DNA of 63,060 nucleotides, counting the filler, from Octopus bimaculoides (lineage: Eukaryota): the NCBI RefSeq assembly GCF_001194135.2. It is 5 parts of 3 records of this genome, joined end to end, with 100 filler letters (N's around TTAATTAATTAA, not from the genome) between each part and the next. Parts side by side here need not be neighbours in the genome. Positions count along the whole stretch, not along the records: positions 59,466 to 61,268 come from NW_026391092.1; positions 61,369 to 63,060 come from NW_026361806.1; 3 more parts are not named here. The stretch is one strand, 5' to 3'. Within the stretch, counting starts at the first letter, position 1. Each line of letters begins with the position of its first letter. The notes beneath the pieces are model-generated. The model had not been told where the DNA came from. It did no database searches and saw nothing but the letters and a program-made list of their open reading frames with translations. Of the stretch, positions 60,816 to 63,060 are shown piece by piece. The position numbers and the translations under genes were made by a program.

Positions 60816-61368
60816 TGCAGAAACAATTATAATAATAAAAGAATTCGACGCAATAAGTTCCATGCTCTTTTCATTCTTTTCACTCTTTGAAGAAGAGAAA
60901 AGACAAAAATATGGATACGACCATCTTCTCTGAATAGCTTTTCTTTCGTTCTCTGCCCCTACCACAGTATATACAGATTCCAGTACGACCACCACTAACA
61001 CACACACGCACACACACACATGCACGCACACACACATACACACACAAAGAAACAAAGAAACAGACACAGGCATATGCAGAAACCCCCACGCACACACACA
61101 CACACAGACACACACACACACACATTCAAGTTTCCAGCATCAAATATTACTCCACTACGTCCAATAGCAGAAACAGCCGTAAGCTAATCGTGTATTCTAC
61201 TGTCAGCAAGAATAGTATATCCTTTTGTCATAGTGTATTTGTGTGTGTGTATATATATATATATATATNNNNNNNNNNNNNNNNNNNNNNNNNNNNNNNN
61301 NNNNNNNNNNNNTTAATTAATTAANNNNNNNNNNNNNNNNNNNNNNNNNNNNNNNNNNNNNNNNNNNN

Positions 61369-62902
61369 AGTTTCCACTTTCCGTTAGTTTCCCTCAATTT
61401 CCGTTACTTTCCTTTAGTCTACGTTAATTTCCGTTAGCTTCAGTCAATTTCCGTTAGATTCCGTTAGTTTCCACTTTCCGTTAATTTCCGTTACTTTCCT
61501 TTAGTTTACGTCAATTTCCGTTAGATTCTGTTAGTTTCCGTTACTTTCCTTTAGTTTATGTCAATTTCCATTAGATTCCGTTAGTTTCCACTTTCCTTTA
61601 GTTTCCGTCAATTTCCGTTTCTTTCCTTTAGTTTACGTTAATTTCCGATACTTTCCGTTAGTTTCCACTTTCCGTTAATTTCCATTACTTTCCTTTAGTT
61701 TACGTCAATTTCCGTTACTTTCTGTTAGATTCCGTTAGTTTCCACTTTCCGTCAATTTCCGTTACTTTCCTTTAGTTTACGTCAATTTCCGTTACTTTCC
61801 GTTAGTTTCCACTTTCCGTTAGTTTCCGCTACTTTCCTTTAGTTTACGTCAATTTCCGTTACTTTCCTTTAGTTTCCACTTTCCGTCAATTTCCGTTACT
61901 TTCCTTTAGTTTACGTTAATTTCCGTTAGTTTCCGTCAATTTCCGTTAGTTCTCGTCAATTTCCGTTAGTTTCCATCAATTTCCGTTAGTTTCCACTTTC
62001 TGTTAGTTTCCGTCAATTTCCGTTAGATTCAGTTAGTTTCCGTTACTTTCCTTTAGTTTACGTCAATTTCCGTTAGATTCCGTTAGTTTCCACTCTCCGT
62101 TAGTTTCCGTCAATTTCCGTTAGTTTCCGTCAATTTCCGTTACTTTCCTTTAGTCTACGTTAATTTCCGTTAGTTTCCGTCAATTCCCGTTAGATTCCGT
62201 TAGTTTCCACTTTCCGTTACTTTCCTTTAGTTTACGTCAATTTCCGTTTCCGTTAAATTCCGTTACTTTCCTTTGGTTTCCGTCAATTTCCGTTACTTTC
62301 CTTTAGTTTCAGTCAATTTCCGTTAGTTTCCGTCAATTTCCGTTAGTTTCCACCTTCCGTCAATTTCCGTTAGTTTCCACTTTCTGTTAGTTTCCGTCAA
62401 TTTCCGTTAGATTCCGTTAGTTTCCACTTTCCGTTAGTTTCCGTCAATTTCCGTCACTTTCCGTTAGATTCCGTTAGTTTCCACTTTCCGTTAGATTCCG
62501 TTAGTTTCCACTTTCCGTTAGTTTCCGTCACTTTCCTTTAGTTTACGTTAATTTCCGTTAGTTTCCGACAATTTCCGTTAGTTTCAACTTTCCGTTAGTT
62601 TCCGTCAATTTCCGTTACTTTCATTTAGTTTACGTTAATTTCCGTTAGATTCCGTTAGTTTCCACTTTCCGTTAGTTTCCGTCAATTTCCGTTATTTTCC
62701 TTTAGATTACGTCAATTTCCGTTACTTTCCGTTAGATTCCGCTAGTTTCCACTTTCCGTTAGATTCCGTTACTTTCCACTTTCCGTTAGTTTCCGTCAAT
62801 TTCCGTTAGTTTCCGTTAGATTCCGTGAGTTTCCACTTTCCATTAGATTCCGTTAGTTTCCACTTTCCGTTAGATTCCGTNNNNNNNNNNCGTCACCTTC
62901 CG
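61369..62902. repeat. Modular satellite of 7-10-bp TTTCC-initiated monomers
   Basis: Monomers tttccgttag, tttccgtcaa, tttccgttac, tttcctttag, tttacgtcaa, tttacgttaa, attccgttag and tttccac occur in varying order. The array is flanked by gaps. Confidence 0.95.
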
Positions 62903-62906
62903 TAAG

Positions 62907-63052
62907 TTTCCATCGGGCCATAGAAAACCATGCCAAATCAGACTGGAGCCTGGCACAGCCTTCCAAGCGTGCCAGCCCAGTCAAACCGTCCAACCCATGT
63001 CAGCATGAAAGACGGACGTTAAATGATGATGATGATGTTGATGATGATGATG
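62907..63052 (+). mobile_element. RTE LINE 3'UTR (B2)
   Basis: ccatagaaaaccatgccaaatcagactggagcctgg...ggacgttaaatgatgatgat. Confidence 0.88.
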
Positions 63053-63060
63053 TCACGGGT

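Noticed and set aside
61369-62880. Satellite considered as a telomeric repeat
   Set aside because: It has no TTAGGG units, which is the canonical metazoan and molluscan telomere repeat. The similarity is limited to GTTAG.

Overview
Eukaryotic, AT-rich, gap-ridden non-coding DNA. It is almost certainly from a cephalopod; the SINE and RTE 3'UTR families look like those of Octopus, which is recognition from memory and not a database hit. No host protein-coding exon could be supported. The window is a transposon graveyard. It holds at least four tRNA-derived SINE families, many RTE-LINE 3'UTR copies, and decayed RTE/BovB, Dong/R4, CR1, CRE-like and Penelope (RT + GIY-YIG) fragments. DNA elements include three Helitron helicase 3' fragments, four Tc1/mariner relics, one hAT and one Chapaev3-like transposase. 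There is also a Gypsy 5'LTR-PBS-gag fragment, abundant microsatellites and a modular TTTCCGTTAG satellite. Most ORF-track entries are artefacts of N-gaps or microsatellites. Structure not explained by these features: (i) a hammerhead-ribozyme-like core (CUGAUGA...GAAAC with a variable but paired stem II) in a Penelope-type repeat found at three loci; (ii) four separate 340-760 bp diverged foldbacks that would make long dsRNA if transcribed; (iii) a grammar-like satellite rich in Myb-type TAACGG sites; (iv) several template-switch signatures; (v) a minisatellite with higher-order structure born inside a SINE.
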